From the IMG/VR virus record IMGVR_UViG_3300002026_000045, positions 32,001 to 96,000 of that record: a DNA stretch of 64,000 nucleotides. The stretch is one strand, 5' to 3'. This document shows, in pieces, positions 26,678 through 36,173 of the stretch. The translations under genes and the position numbers were made by a program. Under the pieces are notes generated by a model, which was not told where the DNA came from, searched no databases, and worked only from the letters and a program-made list of their open reading frames with translations. The first letter of the stretch is position 1. Every line of letters begins with the position of its first letter. Source of the DNA: a virus.

Positions 26678-27265
26678 TTATAGTTGACCAGTCTGAGATT
26701 TAAATTTCTGCATAAACAATTTATACGAAGTAATTGAATCTTTTGGTTGCTCAAATTGTTGTAATCGTTCCAATGAGACGTCTGGCATGTCGGGCCAATC
26801 TCTTCCACGAGACGGCATAAATGCGTGTGCTTCAATTTTCTGAGCAATTCTATCAGCCCGCTTAATAAGCTCTTCTTCTTCCTTACTTGGTGGTTCAATG
26901 TCAAAAGATGAATAGATTGCAGCCATTAATTTTGCTTCTAGTGCTTTAATGTGCGGGCGCAATTCTGGTATTCGCTTAATTGGACTAGGCAAATCTCCAG
27001 TATACACTTCAGCAGCATCATGCAATAATCCAAGCAATACAAGTCTGCATCTGTCTATACTTTGATCTTCAATCTCGGTGTTTAGTAACAACTCATCTGC
27101 AACGAAAATTGAGTGCTGTGCTACATTGTATGGTACTGCGGTAATAGTGTGACCACAAAAACGTGCCATTCTTGATAACCCCCACGCAATGTCTTCAATG
27201 AAGATTGAGTCTGGGTCAGGGTCAGACACGTCAACTAATCTGCCAGTAACAGTTTCTAAGAACAT
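26678..27265 (-). CDS. HD-domain 5'-deoxynucleotidase-like hydrolase
   Basis: RFCGH, VAQHS, LLHDAAEVY.GDLPSPIK, RAD. Confidence 0.85.
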   Translation of the reverse strand: MFLETVTGRLVDVSDPDPDSIFIEDIAWGLSRMARFCGHTITAVPYNVAQHSIFVADELLLNTEIEDQSIDRCRLVLLGLLHDAAEVYTGDLPSPIKRIPELRPHIKALEAKLMAAIYSSFDIEPPSKEEEELIKRADRIAQKIEAHAFMPSRGRDWPDMPDVSLERLQQFEQPKDSITSYKLFMQKFKSQTGQL

Positions 27266-27810
27266 TTTCGTACACCAAGTTGATGGAAAATATGTTGGAC
27301 ACCTACTGCTTGGGAATATGCATCAGCTAACGCATTATGCGCGTCTTTGTTGCCAGTTTTAGCTGAGTAGTCACCCATGTCGCCAATGGTACGGGAATCT
27401 CGTATTTGCCAATATTGCCAAGGTACGGGTTTACCCAACGTCTTATAAAAGTTTTCCAGTATGCAAATGTCAAACAACGGACCTTGAGCCCATATTTTGT
27501 CAACTCCCACCAAGTAGCGGCTAAGTTGGTTAGTAGCTTCGTCCATACTAACACGGTCGCCGTCGTCACCCATTGCTTCATCTTGTGACTCTTGGCTTTG
27601 TTTGCCCCACCATTCTACTGTTGAATCATCAACTGTGCGGCCACGCTCAGTTTGTTCGTCTACGTTTATTCTAAAGTAAAGTGGCGATGTAGGATCTTGC
27701 CTATCATACGGATTAAACTTTACTGCACCCAGCGTCAATACAACGCACCCATGAGTAAACCCAAGGGTTTCAATATCAATCATGCAATGCATGTTAAACC
27801 ACTGGCTCAA
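27256..27810 (-). CDS. DEDDh 3'-5' exonuclease
   Basis: MIDIETLG, FDI.IL, RDSRT, HNALADA. Confidence 0.9.
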   Translation of the reverse strand: MSQWFNMHCMIDIETLGFTHGCVVLTLGAVKFNPYDRQDPTSPLYFRINVDEQTERGRTVDDSTVEWWGKQSQESQDEAMGDDGDRVSMDEATNQLSRYLVGVDKIWAQGPLFDICILENFYKTLGKPVPWQYWQIRDSRTIGDMGDYSAKTGNKDAHNALADAYSQAVGVQHIFHQLGVRKCS

Positions 27811-28105
27811 GTCTGATTAATAGAGGAAATCCATTATTTCGAGCAAGGACTGTTGCCTCAACTCCTTTTTGCTCCGCCAATTCATATGGCAGCACTGCTA
27901 CCACTGCCGATCCAAATTCGTGAACAGCAGTACACAATTTCATCGCGTCTTCTTCTGAGTGATTAAACACTTCAGTCAAACTTGCAATTACGAACTCCAT
28001 TGTAGTCACGTCATCGTTCATGTAGATAACATTAAACATGCTTGGAGGCATAAGCCCTGTTTTAGGGACAATTTTTTCTTTTACAACTGGTTCTGCTGAC
28101 GACAT
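27794..28105 (-). CDS. clpS: N-degron adaptor ClpS
   Basis: VIYMNDDVTTMEFV, VHEFGSAVV, AEQK, GFPL. Confidence 0.93.
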   Translation of the reverse strand: MSSAEPVVKEKIVPKTGLMPPSMFNVIYMNDDVTTMEFVIASLTEVFNHSEEDAMKLCTAVHEFGSAVVAVLPYELAEQKGVEATVLARNNGFPLLIRLEPVV

Positions 28106-28154
28106 TTTATTTCCTATTTAATAGGGCAGAGAAGATCCCTGCCCTTACCCTACA

Positions 28155-28628
28155 TTATACTGTTATTTGCTTTGTAGTGCTACTCTGAATGGCAATCTTG
28201 CGGGGTTTTAATTCCTCAGGTACCACAATTTCGACACCAATAATTAGCAACCCGTTTTCAAACTTTGCATCTCGAACAACTACATGTTCCGCAAGACTTA
28301 AAGTTTTCGTAAACGATTTTGAGCTAATGCCGTGGTATAGATAATCACGCTCTGGCCTTGCCTTTTGCTCACCAGTAATCGTTAGCACATTGCTATCGAG
28401 CGAAATGGTTAACTCGTCCTCACTAAATCCAGCCGCAGCAAGCTCAATTGTATATTGCGTGTCACTGTGACGGACAATGTCGTGTGGTGGATAGTTAGTT
28501 GCGTTTGGTAAAACCGATGCAGTTCTATTTAATGTGTCAAACATTCTGTCGAACCCAATGGTCGCGCGGTTTAAATGTGCCAGCAAAGATGGGAAATCTG
28601 TGGCGGTCGTAAGATAACGTTGATTCAT
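28155..28628 (-). CDS. Small heat-shock protein (Hsp20/IbpA family)
   Basis: IGFDRMF, NYPPHDI, IELAAAGF, YHGISSKSF, ENGLL, VPEELKPRKIAI; start re-assigned to ATG 28628. Confidence 0.95.
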   Translation of the reverse strand: MNQRYLTTATDFPSLLAHLNRATIGFDRMFDTLNRTASVLPNATNYPPHDIVRHSDTQYTIELAAAGFSEDELTISLDSNVLTITGEQKARPERDYLYHGISSKSFTKTLSLAEHVVVRDAKFENGLLIIGVEIVVPEELKPRKIAIQSSTTKQITV

Positions 28629-28690
28629 AATTTTCTCCTTTAATAAGCAAGAATCATTGCAAAGCCCGATTATCGGCACCTTGCATAGTA
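28629..28690 (-). promoter_or_regulatory. ROSE-like RNA thermometer leader
   Basis: 5' hairpin then UCUUGCU-uauuaa-AGGAG-AUG, preceded by TAAATA. Confidence 0.7.
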
Positions 28691-28721
28691 TTTATTATAC
28701 AGAAAGGAGAATTAAAATAAA

Positions 28722-29102
28722 TTATTTTGGCTGATCTTGTTGAACAAAATAGTCAATTGGTTTTTCTAATCGTTGGTTGTTCATAAGAAAATTCTTCGGA
28801 CCGTAGTACCATGATTTTTTATGCACAGCCAATTTATCCTTAAACCCGCTTTGACCGTTTTGCACTGTATTAACAATAATCGATGTAGATATATTTGAAA
28901 CTTCTGACAACCATTCATTGTTGCCCATATCACTACGGTACAAATATACAGTGTAGATGTTTGGCGACGTCTTTAAGTAAAACGCCAAATCTTCTATTTC
29001 TGACACTTCTGGGTCAATGATTACCACAGTGTGCGCAACAGTGTTGACTAAATCTGGTGGCGTGACTATATTACTAAACTGTTCTTTAGTGTCGATATCC
29101 AT
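28722..29102 (-). CDS. Hypothetical protein
   Basis: AAGGA RBS. Confidence 0.6.
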   Translation of the reverse strand: MDIDTKEQFSNIVTPPDLVNTVAHTVVIIDPEVSEIEDLAFYLKTSPNIYTVYLYRSDMGNNEWLSEVSNISTSIIVNTVQNGQSGFKDKLAVHKKSWYYGPKNFLMNNQRLEKPIDYFVQQDQPK

Positions 29103-29116
29103 GTAAATTCCTTTAA

Positions 29117-31288
29117 TTAAGTTGATGTTTTGCGAAGATATTCAGCAATTTGCTCTTGCTCAGTAGGGTTAAGATCATCTATGTCATATTCCCCATTGCC
29201 TACTTTTTCTACTAACAACTTTATATATTCTTCGTCATACGCAAATGCGTCAGTATTGGTTTTATCAATTTCAATCCAACGTGTGCCTACCCACTTAAAC
29301 AACTTGCTTGGCAAAAAGTCTACTCGTAAAAACAAATCTCCACGAATTGGGTTAGATGGAAATTGAGTCCCAAAACTTGCATTGCCACCCATTGGGAATG
29401 TGTCTACTTTTGCAGTAAAATCTGGTAAACTTACTGTTTTTTTGCTTGGTAGTAACGGACCTGACGCAAGAACGTGTGGTGGCTGTACATGTGCAATAAC
29501 CTTTTCTTCCATTGGTTCAACTGGCTGTTCTACCACTGGCGGTGCAATTTCTACCTCATCAAATTGAGCAATAATTTCAGGTGGGGTAACTTCAACTGGT
29601 GGAAGTTCTACAACTTCTTCAATTACTTCTTCAATTATTGGCTCAACTACTGGCAAAATTTCTTCTATTTCTGCTACAGCTTGTGCTTCTTGTTTAATGA
29701 AGTATTTTGGCTTATCGTAAAAATAAACTGCCTCGAACGCTTTTTTTGCCACTTCAGGATTAGTTAATGTTCCACTCAGTGGCTGTTCTTCAATTATCAG
29801 CTCTACTACAGGTTCTACTACAGGAGCAACTTCTTCATTAACTTCAACTGGCGGGGCAATTTCGGTAATAAAATCTGAATAATCAATGTCATCGCTACTT
29901 GCTGCGAATGCTGTATCTGCTATAGTAACAGTCACAGGCATAGCATCAAGTTTAGTTTTTTCTACCGTATTTGTTAATTCTGCAATGAGAGAGGTAAGTT
30001 GTGAAATAGTATTTGACGATGTTGCTAATTTACTATCAAGTTTTGCTATCGCAGCAGACAACCCTTGCCGCTCCATTGTCGCAGTCTCTTTTGCTGACGC
30101 TAATTCTTGCTCAACTGTTGCCTTTAACGCTACTAACTCATCATACTCAGAAATAAGAACTGCCAATTCTTTAGTTAGTGTTTCATTTTCAGATAAGTGC
30201 GCGGAGCATTCTTCTTCTATTGCTGATTTTTCTTTTGACAAATCGTCAGACAATTTTAATATATCTGCAAGCACTAAATTAGCTGCCAATAACTCTTGTG
30301 TGGCTTTTTCTTTGGCAATAATTTGCTCTTGGATAATGGCGTCACGAAGTTTTTGCTCTGCCTCATTAGATTCAGCTGCAATAGCAGAGAACCTATTCCA
30401 TTCATCTAGTTTAACTTTTTCGTACTCAGCAGCACATTCTGCTTTGGTTACTTCAATAGCATTGTGCACTTTTTGTTGAATATTTATTTCAAGCTCTGCT
30501 ATATCTTCTTCTTCATCTATTCGTTTTCTATCAATTTTAGACCAGTCGATAGACGTAGTTGCAGCTAGGATAAGGACAATAGCAAGCGGGTCAAACACAA
30601 ACACAATAATAATAATGACCCATCTTACTGCGTCTTCTAACATATTTTGATCGGCGTTGTTTCCATAAATTAACGCTGCTATGTATTTTATAGGTCCAAC
30701 CTCTGCTTCAACTTTGCGATACTGACTAGCAATAGGTGCCCGTTTCTCTTGAAGGACTGCAATTTCTTTTTGTGCTAAATCTATGTCACCCTGTAACTTA
30801 GCTCGTTCCTTTTGCTGTGATCTACGAAGATTTGCTGCCTTAGTAGCTCCTGTTTCATCAGTAGTACGCGCAAGTAATTGATCCACTGCGCCATCCATCT
30901 GCACTAATGCCTTGCGGGATGCATCAATATTATCTCGTTGCGTTTTTATTTTCTCATCAAACAATGATACTTGTGCTTGAATATCACCAGTTGGGGTTGC
31001 TTGATCTAAGTGAGCTTTACTTAGGTAACCAAAAATGCCCATGCTTGTAATTAGCATTAGCACACCAACCGCAGTAACAAGGTACGCTTTTATCTTATAC
31101 GAAGCCCGATCCCAGTTATAGTGTAGCCACAATGTTGTCACTACTTTGCCTGCTTCCAATACTGCACCCATGGTGACGATTGGCCAGAAGGCACCTGCGA
31201 AAATTGCAGTTAAACCTACTATGCTGTAATACGCTGCGATGCCAGATATGCAAAGAGCAGTGAGAAGAGTTGTAAAACCTAGAAACAT
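29117..31288 (-). CDS. Membrane protein with long coiled coil and Glu/Pro/Val-rich linker
   Basis: 3 N-terminal TM helices plus one after the coiled coil; conserved-looking C-terminus FGTQFP..P..GDLFLRVD. Confidence 0.75.
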   Translation of the reverse strand: MFLGFTTLLTALCISGIAAYYSIVGLTAIFAGAFWPIVTMGAVLEAGKVVTTLWLHYNWDRASYKIKAYLVTAVGVLMLITSMGIFGYLSKAHLDQATPTGDIQAQVSLFDEKIKTQRDNIDASRKALVQMDGAVDQLLARTTDETGATKAANLRRSQQKERAKLQGDIDLAQKEIAVLQEKRAPIASQYRKVEAEVGPIKYIAALIYGNNADQNMLEDAVRWVIIIIVFVFDPLAIVLILAATTSIDWSKIDRKRIDEEEDIAELEINIQQKVHNAIEVTKAECAAEYEKVKLDEWNRFSAIAAESNEAEQKLRDAIIQEQIIAKEKATQELLAANLVLADILKLSDDLSKEKSAIEEECSAHLSENETLTKELAVLISEYDELVALKATVEQELASAKETATMERQGLSAAIAKLDSKLATSSNTISQLTSLIAELTNTVEKTKLDAMPVTVTIADTAFAASSDDIDYSDFITEIAPPVEVNEEVAPVVEPVVELIIEEQPLSGTLTNPEVAKKAFEAVYFYDKPKYFIKQEAQAVAEIEEILPVVEPIIEEVIEEVVELPPVEVTPPEIIAQFDEVEIAPPVVEQPVEPMEEKVIAHVQPPHVLASGPLLPSKKTVSLPDFTAKVDTFPMGGNASFGTQFPSNPIRGDLFLRVDFLPSKLFKWVGTRWIEIDKTNTDAFAYDEEYIKLLVEKVGNGEYDIDDLNPTEQEQIAEYLRKTST

Positions 31289-31354
31289 TGAATATTTATC
31301 CTTGCTAACTTAACATTTTAGCAAGAGATAACTTATAAATCAAATGCAATGAGT

Positions 31355-31522
31355 TTATTTCCAAGGTCGACCTTGGATTGGTGACTTGAGCGAAGTGTCA
31401 AGAGTATGTAGTGGGCGGTAACCTGGTGTTCCTACTGCGCTTCGTTTTGTTTTAGCCAGCGCGAGTTTGGCTGCTTTACGAGCAGCCTTTGATGGTAATG
31501 TTGATATTCCGTTTTGCGACAT
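31355..31522 (-). CDS. Small basic late protein (55 aa)
   Basis: Manual translation MSQNGISTLPSKAARKAAKLALAKTKR...GRPWK; AGGAG RBS and TAAATA. Confidence 0.65.
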   Translation of the reverse strand: MSQNGISTLPSKAARKAAKLALAKTKRSAVGTPGYRPLHTLDTSLKSPIQGRPWK

Positions 31523-31584
31523 GTAGGTAATCTCCTACATGTATTTATTACTTTTTAAGTAACCACAACATTACTACAACCACG

Positions 31585-31884
31585 TTATCTTACCTTGTTA
31601 GCAAGAGTGGCATACATTAGACGCTTATCAACCTCATCAGCAAAATCTGGAAATATAGCAAACAGTTGAAATGCATCAACCTCTTTATACTTTGATTCTT
31701 TTGTGCGCTTTACCTTCATCAGTGAAAACTGGGAATCGTGCTTTTTAAAACTAATTGCTTTGCCACGTGCTCCCCAGCCAGCGTACCACGATCCGCCAGC
31801 TTTAAATGCGGCCCATACCTTATCGTGTTTGTGGCCAGCAACTTCTTCGTTGCACCACCCAATATAATCAAAATCAATGCTCAC
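31585..31884 (-). CDS. WGR-like domain protein
   Basis: HDKVW...WGARG...K..KY. Confidence 0.55.
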   Translation of the reverse strand: MSIDFDYIGWCNEEVAGHKHDKVWAAFKAGGSWYAGWGARGKAISFKKHDSQFSLMKVKRTKESKYKEVDAFQLFAIFPDFADEVDKRLMYATLANKVR

Positions 31885-31888
31885 TCTA

Positions 31889-32080
31889 TCACCCCAATGT
31901 AAATTTCCGTAAGTATTCGCTGGCGTCTGACACGTCTAAGTCCGCATCCCAAATCTCGTTGTCTTGCGCATCCTGGATTAAAAAATCAGTGCCTGGATGC
32001 GTGTTAGCAAAAGTCGGCACTTTGGCAATAAGCCCAATGGATATCAAATATCCAAGCAATTCTCTGTCTTTGTCATTCAT
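31889..32080 (-). CDS. Hypothetical protein
   Basis: GAGG RBS. Confidence 0.5.
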   Translation of the reverse strand: MNDKDRELLGYLISIGLIAKVPTFANTHPGTDFLIQDAQDNEIWDADLDVSDASEYLRKFTLG

Positions 32081-32241
32081 TCTGTGTCCTCACTGAGCAA
32101 CTCAAACAACCCAGCCAACGCTTCTTTCTCAGCAACAGTAGTTGAAAAATCAACGGCTGGACGACCAGAAATAAGTGATTGAACAATGGATTCAAATGCA
32201 GTCATAATATACTCCTTAATACCGTTTTATCTACAGTTCAT

Positions 32242-32270
32242 ATTATAATGCCATCTAATCAAAAAGTCAA
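32242..32270 (-). promoter_or_regulatory. Early promoter
   Basis: TTGACT-17-TATAAT. Confidence 0.7.
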
Positions 32271-33316
32271 CTATTTAATTCTTTGACTACAGTCTCAACT
32301 CTGTGCCCTTGCGGGCCAGATAGCAACGTGTATTTCGTATCAGTATATTGTAGCATTTTTACAACAAAATCATGCCCTTTTTGTCTAAACACTTCATCTT
32401 GCCGTGTGCCATCTTGCACCATCGGAAAGTCAGGAGCGCATACAAACACTTTATCATAGCGGGAAAATGACTCCATAGCCAAAAAACGCAATTCCTTAGA
32501 CACAGAGGAAAACCATTCTTGTGAGTAAAACATAGTAGTTAACGCTGAGGAGTCGCATAGCAGCGGAGTATCAACTCTGCCTAACGCTAATTCTCTTTCT
32601 TCACGAGCAATTTGTGATTCTGCAATAAACTGCATTTGCTCGTATTCTAAATGGTGATCACAAAAATCATAATAATCTCTACCAAATTCGTATGCTGCGT
32701 TAGTAGATAGAAAATCAGTTAAGTATTTGATGATGGAAGTTTTTCCGGTTGATTCTCCACCCAAAAACACAACTTTTTTCCTAAAAGATGGCAACACATA
32801 CGACGGCAACATCTCTGTTATTAACTTAGTTTCAAAGTTTGATTCTCTTAATTGCGTCCCTGAAACATTAAATTCAGTTCTTTCTATATCAATTATAAGA
32901 TGCTTTACACTAAACTCTTTATTGAACTTATTTGTAAAGTATGTTGACAGAAATTGAGCAAATCCTGGTATATAAGATTCAGACCCGAATACTATTTGTA
33001 CACTAGTGTTTAACTCGTTAAACAAATAATCTGCACAGAATTGTCGGTGTGATAATTCTGAGTCATTGTCGTTAGGAATTTTAGTGGCTAATGGGTCAAT
33101 TACAACTATTTTAACACGGTGTTCTACTTTGTGATGCTTAGTAAATTTTATCAGCCAGCTTTTTCGCTCATCTGCGCTGCACTTATCTACAATCAACGAC
33201 GTGTAGCTCATCACAATAAGATTGTCGCAGACACCAAGGGCGTCAGACAATACTTTTTCGTGCCCTTTGTGAAATGGGGCAAATTTCCCTACAACTAATC
33301 CAGTATGGTAATTCAT
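32267..33316 (-). CDS. nadR: NadR-like bifunctional NMN adenylyltransferase / nicotinamide riboside kinase
   Basis: VVGKFAPFHKGH (HxGH), GGESTGKT P-loop, EFGRDY, VQDGTR; start re-assigned to ATG 33316. Confidence 0.9.
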   Translation of the reverse strand: MNYHTGLVVGKFAPFHKGHEKVLSDALGVCDNLIVMSYTSLIVDKCSADERKSWLIKFTKHHKVEHRVKIVVIDPLATKIPNDNDSELSHRQFCADYLFNELNTSVQIVFGSESYIPGFAQFLSTYFTNKFNKEFSVKHLIIDIERTEFNVSGTQLRESNFETKLITEMLPSYVLPSFRKKVVFLGGESTGKTSIIKYLTDFLSTNAAYEFGRDYYDFCDHHLEYEQMQFIAESQIAREERELALGRVDTPLLCDSSALTTMFYSQEWFSSVSKELRFLAMESFSRYDKVFVCAPDFPMVQDGTRQDEVFRQKGHDFVVKMLQYTDTKYTLLSGPQGHRVETVVKELNS

Positions 33317-33363
33317 GCCATCATTGTAGTACATTGCGAGGAAATCCGCAATCACCAATTAAA

Positions 33364-33546
33364 TCATTTATTTTCTATTTTAGCAATTAGTTCGCGCATT
33401 TGTGTAATTGCTATTGCTGCATCCTCGAGAAGGTCAGCAATTCTGTCTGGCTTTCCCTCTTGCACAGACTTTCGTGTAGAGATTTGCCGACGAATTTCAG
33501 CTCGCTTGTTCAAGCGGTAAACAATATCGTTTTCATCCATATTCAA
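33364..33546 (-). CDS. Hypothetical protein
   Basis: RAEIRRQI.TRKSVQEG.PDRIADLLE motif. Confidence 0.6.
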   Translation of the reverse strand: MNMDENDIVYRLNKRAEIRRQISTRKSVQEGKPDRIADLLEDAAIAITQMRELIAKIENK

Positions 33547-33712
33547 GTAATATTTTTAAAATAAAGATAAAATACATACATCCACGCAATGCCCACTAGG
33601 CTACCAAATGCGAGGAATATAAATTGTGATAAGGATAAATCAAACATATTTTATGTAATGTTATAATAACTGCTATTGTAGCATTACAATGTGTAAAAAT
33701 CAAATAATTTGA

Positions 33713-34672
33713 TTAGAATGTAATTGTCCAAGTGCCTGGTGTAAGCCATTGGTAAATCTTATTACCACCGACATTGGTAATCGTTGGAGATCCTGTTACA
33801 CTCACTGGATCTTTGTATGTATTGGGATAGGTAATAATAACAATTCCAGACCCTCCATTACCGCCAACGTTCTGACCGTATCCAGCACCTCCACCACTAC
33901 CGGTGTTGGCAGATCCTGGTAAGCCATTATACCCCCCACTAGTATAGGCTATGCCCCACCCTACTCCATAAAACCCAGCACCACCTGCAGCATAATACAC
34001 AACTGACCCTGTTATAGTTAGTTCTAAACTTTCACCACCATTGCCTCCACCTACTCCGTACACTGTACTAGTTCCTGCTGTTTTAGCTCCACCGCCTCCA
34101 CCACCACCACCCGCAGATGATCCCCCACCTCCACCATATCCTTGGCCAGAACTACCTGTGCCACCTACACTGCCGGCACCACGTCCGCCGCCACCAGAAC
34201 CACCTGCCGCACCATTATTAGATACTGTAGTATAACAGCCACCCCCACCCCCACCAATGCATTCTATAGTAACATGGTTCCCAGACAATAAAGAGTTGGC
34301 CCCGTTATCCCCTCGCGCCGCCTGGTTACCATTTTTCCCAGCACCGCCGCCCCCAACAGTTACAGTATAAGCAATGCCAGCAACAATATTTGACATAGTG
34401 CCTTGTAAAAGACCTCCTGCCCCACCACCTCCACCGCTAGTACCAGAAGGACTTCCACCACCCCCACCCCCACCCCCAGCAACTACTAAGTAATTTATAG
34501 AAGGTGTGGCCATTGATTTTCCATGCCCATTGCTCATAGAAATAGCGCCACTGGCTATCCCAAACAGAGTACGGACATTTGTTTGATTTAACGAAATTGC
34601 TGTAGTTGATGCTAGTCCAAGTTCTGTGTTTACTTGTGATAATGAAATTGATCCTGATGCTGGTAACGCCAT
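33713..34672 (-). CDS. Glycine-rich virion protein / adhesin-like
   Basis: MALPASGSISLSQVNTELG N-terminus; multiple polyglycine runs; late promoter. Confidence 0.75.
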   Translation of the reverse strand: MALPASGSISLSQVNTELGLASTTAISLNQTNVRTLFGIASGAISMSNGHGKSMATPSINYLVVAGGGGGGGGSPSGTSGGGGGAGGLLQGTMSNIVAGIAYTVTVGGGGAGKNGNQAARGDNGANSLLSGNHVTIECIGGGGGGCYTTVSNNGAAGGSGGGGRGAGSVGGTGSSGQGYGGGGGSSAGGGGGGGGAKTAGTSTVYGVGGGNGGESLELTITGSVVYYAAGGAGFYGVGWGIAYTSGGYNGLPGSANTGSGGGAGYGQNVGGNGGSGIVIITYPNTYKDPVSVTGSPTITNVGGNKIYQWLTPGTWTITF

Positions 34673-34713
34673 ATGATATCCTTTTGGTCACCAGTATTTA
34701 TTTGATCATTCAT

Positions 34714-34914
34714 TTATAGCTCGTGTCCACAATGTGGACATTTATTTCTCTTTCCTTGCAACAGCTTTTTCAATTTCCTGCAATCTGATACGAGATCTTT
34801 TATAATCTTCCTTGACCTATCTTTTTTAGATTTTTGCAGTTCTTGCTTTAGTTTATCCTTCATTTTAGCAAGCTTAGTTTCAAAGATTTGTATGTAACCA
34901 GTTAAATCGCTCAT
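34714..34914 (-). CDS. Small basic protein with CPHC zinc knuckle
   Basis: Coiled coil plus CPHCG. Confidence 0.55.
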   Translation of the reverse strand: MSDLTGYIQIFETKLAKMKDKLKQELQKSKKDRSRKIIKDLVSDCRKLKKLLQGKRNKCPHCGHEL

Positions 34915-35267
34915 GCAGTTTCCTTAATTTTTTGCCATACTTTATACAACACCCTCATTGAGATAGCGTCTGGATGTTCAGGTGAATGGTCTACACTATC
35001 ACAATATATTGGCTCCCATGAATACTGCCAAAGCTTAAAGTGATTCCTAATGTGGGCGCACAAAGAAAAATGATAGTCGTGCAAATCTTTAAACGACGAA
35101 TTCTTAAATACAATTTGCTCATCGACTGTTGCTTCGTCTAACCACTTCAAGACTTCAACAACCATTTCGTCATCTGTTGGTCTACTCATTATTAATGCCA
35201 AGTGTGTCAGGCGAATGGTCAAGCAAGGTGACGCCTTCACTGATGTAAAAAGCCGCATCTTCATCAC
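34911..35267 (-). CDS. Hypothetical protein (start probably MSRPT)
   Basis: H...IRNHFKLW...HPD.IS motif. Confidence 0.55.
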   Translation of the reverse strand: MMKMRLFTSVKASPCLTIRLTHLALIMSRPTDDEMVVEVLKWLDEATVDEQIVFKNSSFKDLHDYHFSLCAHIRNHFKLWQYSWEPIYCDSVDHSPEHPDAISMRVLYKVWQKIKETA

Positions 35268-35469
35268 AAATCGTTACTGTTAAATCAGAGTGAAGCAAAT
35301 CATAGTCAATAAACGACTTGTCATCATCTGAATATACACGAAAACGATATTTACCGTCCATACAGTAAATTAGTTGTCCGGTGGCTCCATTTGCAGTTTC
35401 AATTTTCATTTTTATCTCCACAATCCATACGCCATGGGCAAGTTGATAAAGCTTGCGTAGAGCAGTCAT
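35182..35469 (-). CDS. Hypothetical protein (start probably MKIETA)
   Basis: FRVY...F.DYD..H.DL...I.D motif. Confidence 0.55.
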   Translation of the reverse strand: MTALRKLYQLAHGVWIVEIKMKIETANGATGQLIYCMDGKYRFRVYSDDDKSFIDYDLLHSDLTVTICDEDAAFYISEGVTLLDHSPDTLGINNE

Positions 35470-35608
35470 CTAACCCGTAGCAATGTGGAGGCTCAGTGCC
35501 TCTAATCTCAATAATTTGCTTGACAATCATTGCTCGCGTGTTACCCAACGTTGCTTCTGTATCAAGTAGAGTTTGCATAACATCCATCTTATTCTCCGTA
35601 TTCCGCAA
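35399..35608 (-). CDS. Hypothetical Cys-rich protein
   Basis: Fits gene packing. Confidence 0.45.
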   Translation of the reverse strand: MRNTENKMDVMQTLLDTEATLGNTRAMIVKQIIEIRGTEPPHCYGLDDCSTQALSTCPWRMDCGDKNEN

Positions 35609-36173
35609 AAAATCTCTCTATATTTGCTTTTGCTTTTGCTTCAACATGCGTCCGCATAAAATCAGTGTGGTAAATGTGCTCGCGGCAATGGAGGAAGTTA
35701 ACCAGAAAATTAGCGCACTTTTTTCTGTCCTCGTTAATGTTACCGCCGTATTCTTTGATGATGTTGTCCTGGTGCCTAATAAAGTCATCCCAAGGATCAG
35801 CTAGCCTGCACAGGTCAGAGTCTAGCAGTGTAGCAATATCACCACGTAATGGCAATGAGTTTAAGTGCGTCTCAATCGTTGTGTATTCAATTAACTGGCA
35901 GGCTCGTGCAATTACATTACGGCTAATGTTAAACCGTGCTGAATCATTTTTAAGTGCGGCAGATGAACAATACTCATTTGCACCGCAGTTTGCACCTGGA
36001 ATGTAAATTGCATCGTGCCAGTGTGCAGCTAAACAAAGTTCATCCGTCACTGTGTCAATCTTTAGTGCATTGCGATACACATCCACCGCATGATCCCAGT
36101 TGTGGTAAGGGCGGTAATTAAAATTATACCAACGCTCTGCAACCATGCAAAGCTGTTCAATTTCTTTGTTCAT
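35589..36173 (-). CDS. HD-superfamily phosphohydrolase
   Basis: RPYHNWDH, WHDAIY, LDSDL. Confidence 0.8.
   Translation of the reverse strand: MNKEIEQLCMVAERWYNFNYRPYHNWDHAVDVYRNALKIDTVTDELCLAAHWHDAIYIPGANCGANEYCSSAALKNDSARFNISRNVIARACQLIEYTTIETHLNSLPLRGDIATLLDSDLCRLADPWDDFIRHQDNIIKEYGGNINEDRKKCANFLVNFLHCREHIYHTDFMRTHVEAKAKANIERFFAEYGE

Noticed and set aside
26678-27265. DatZ / Z-genome (diaminopurine) pathway
   Set aside because: HD hydrolase alone is not diagnostic; no purZ in the window
29886-30479. 197-aa plus-strand ORF
   Set aside because: Antisense to a coiled-coil gene; Ser/Ala-rich shadow
34041-34235. Poly-proline ORF and G/C runs
   Set aside because: Reverse complement of polyglycine codons in 33713..34672
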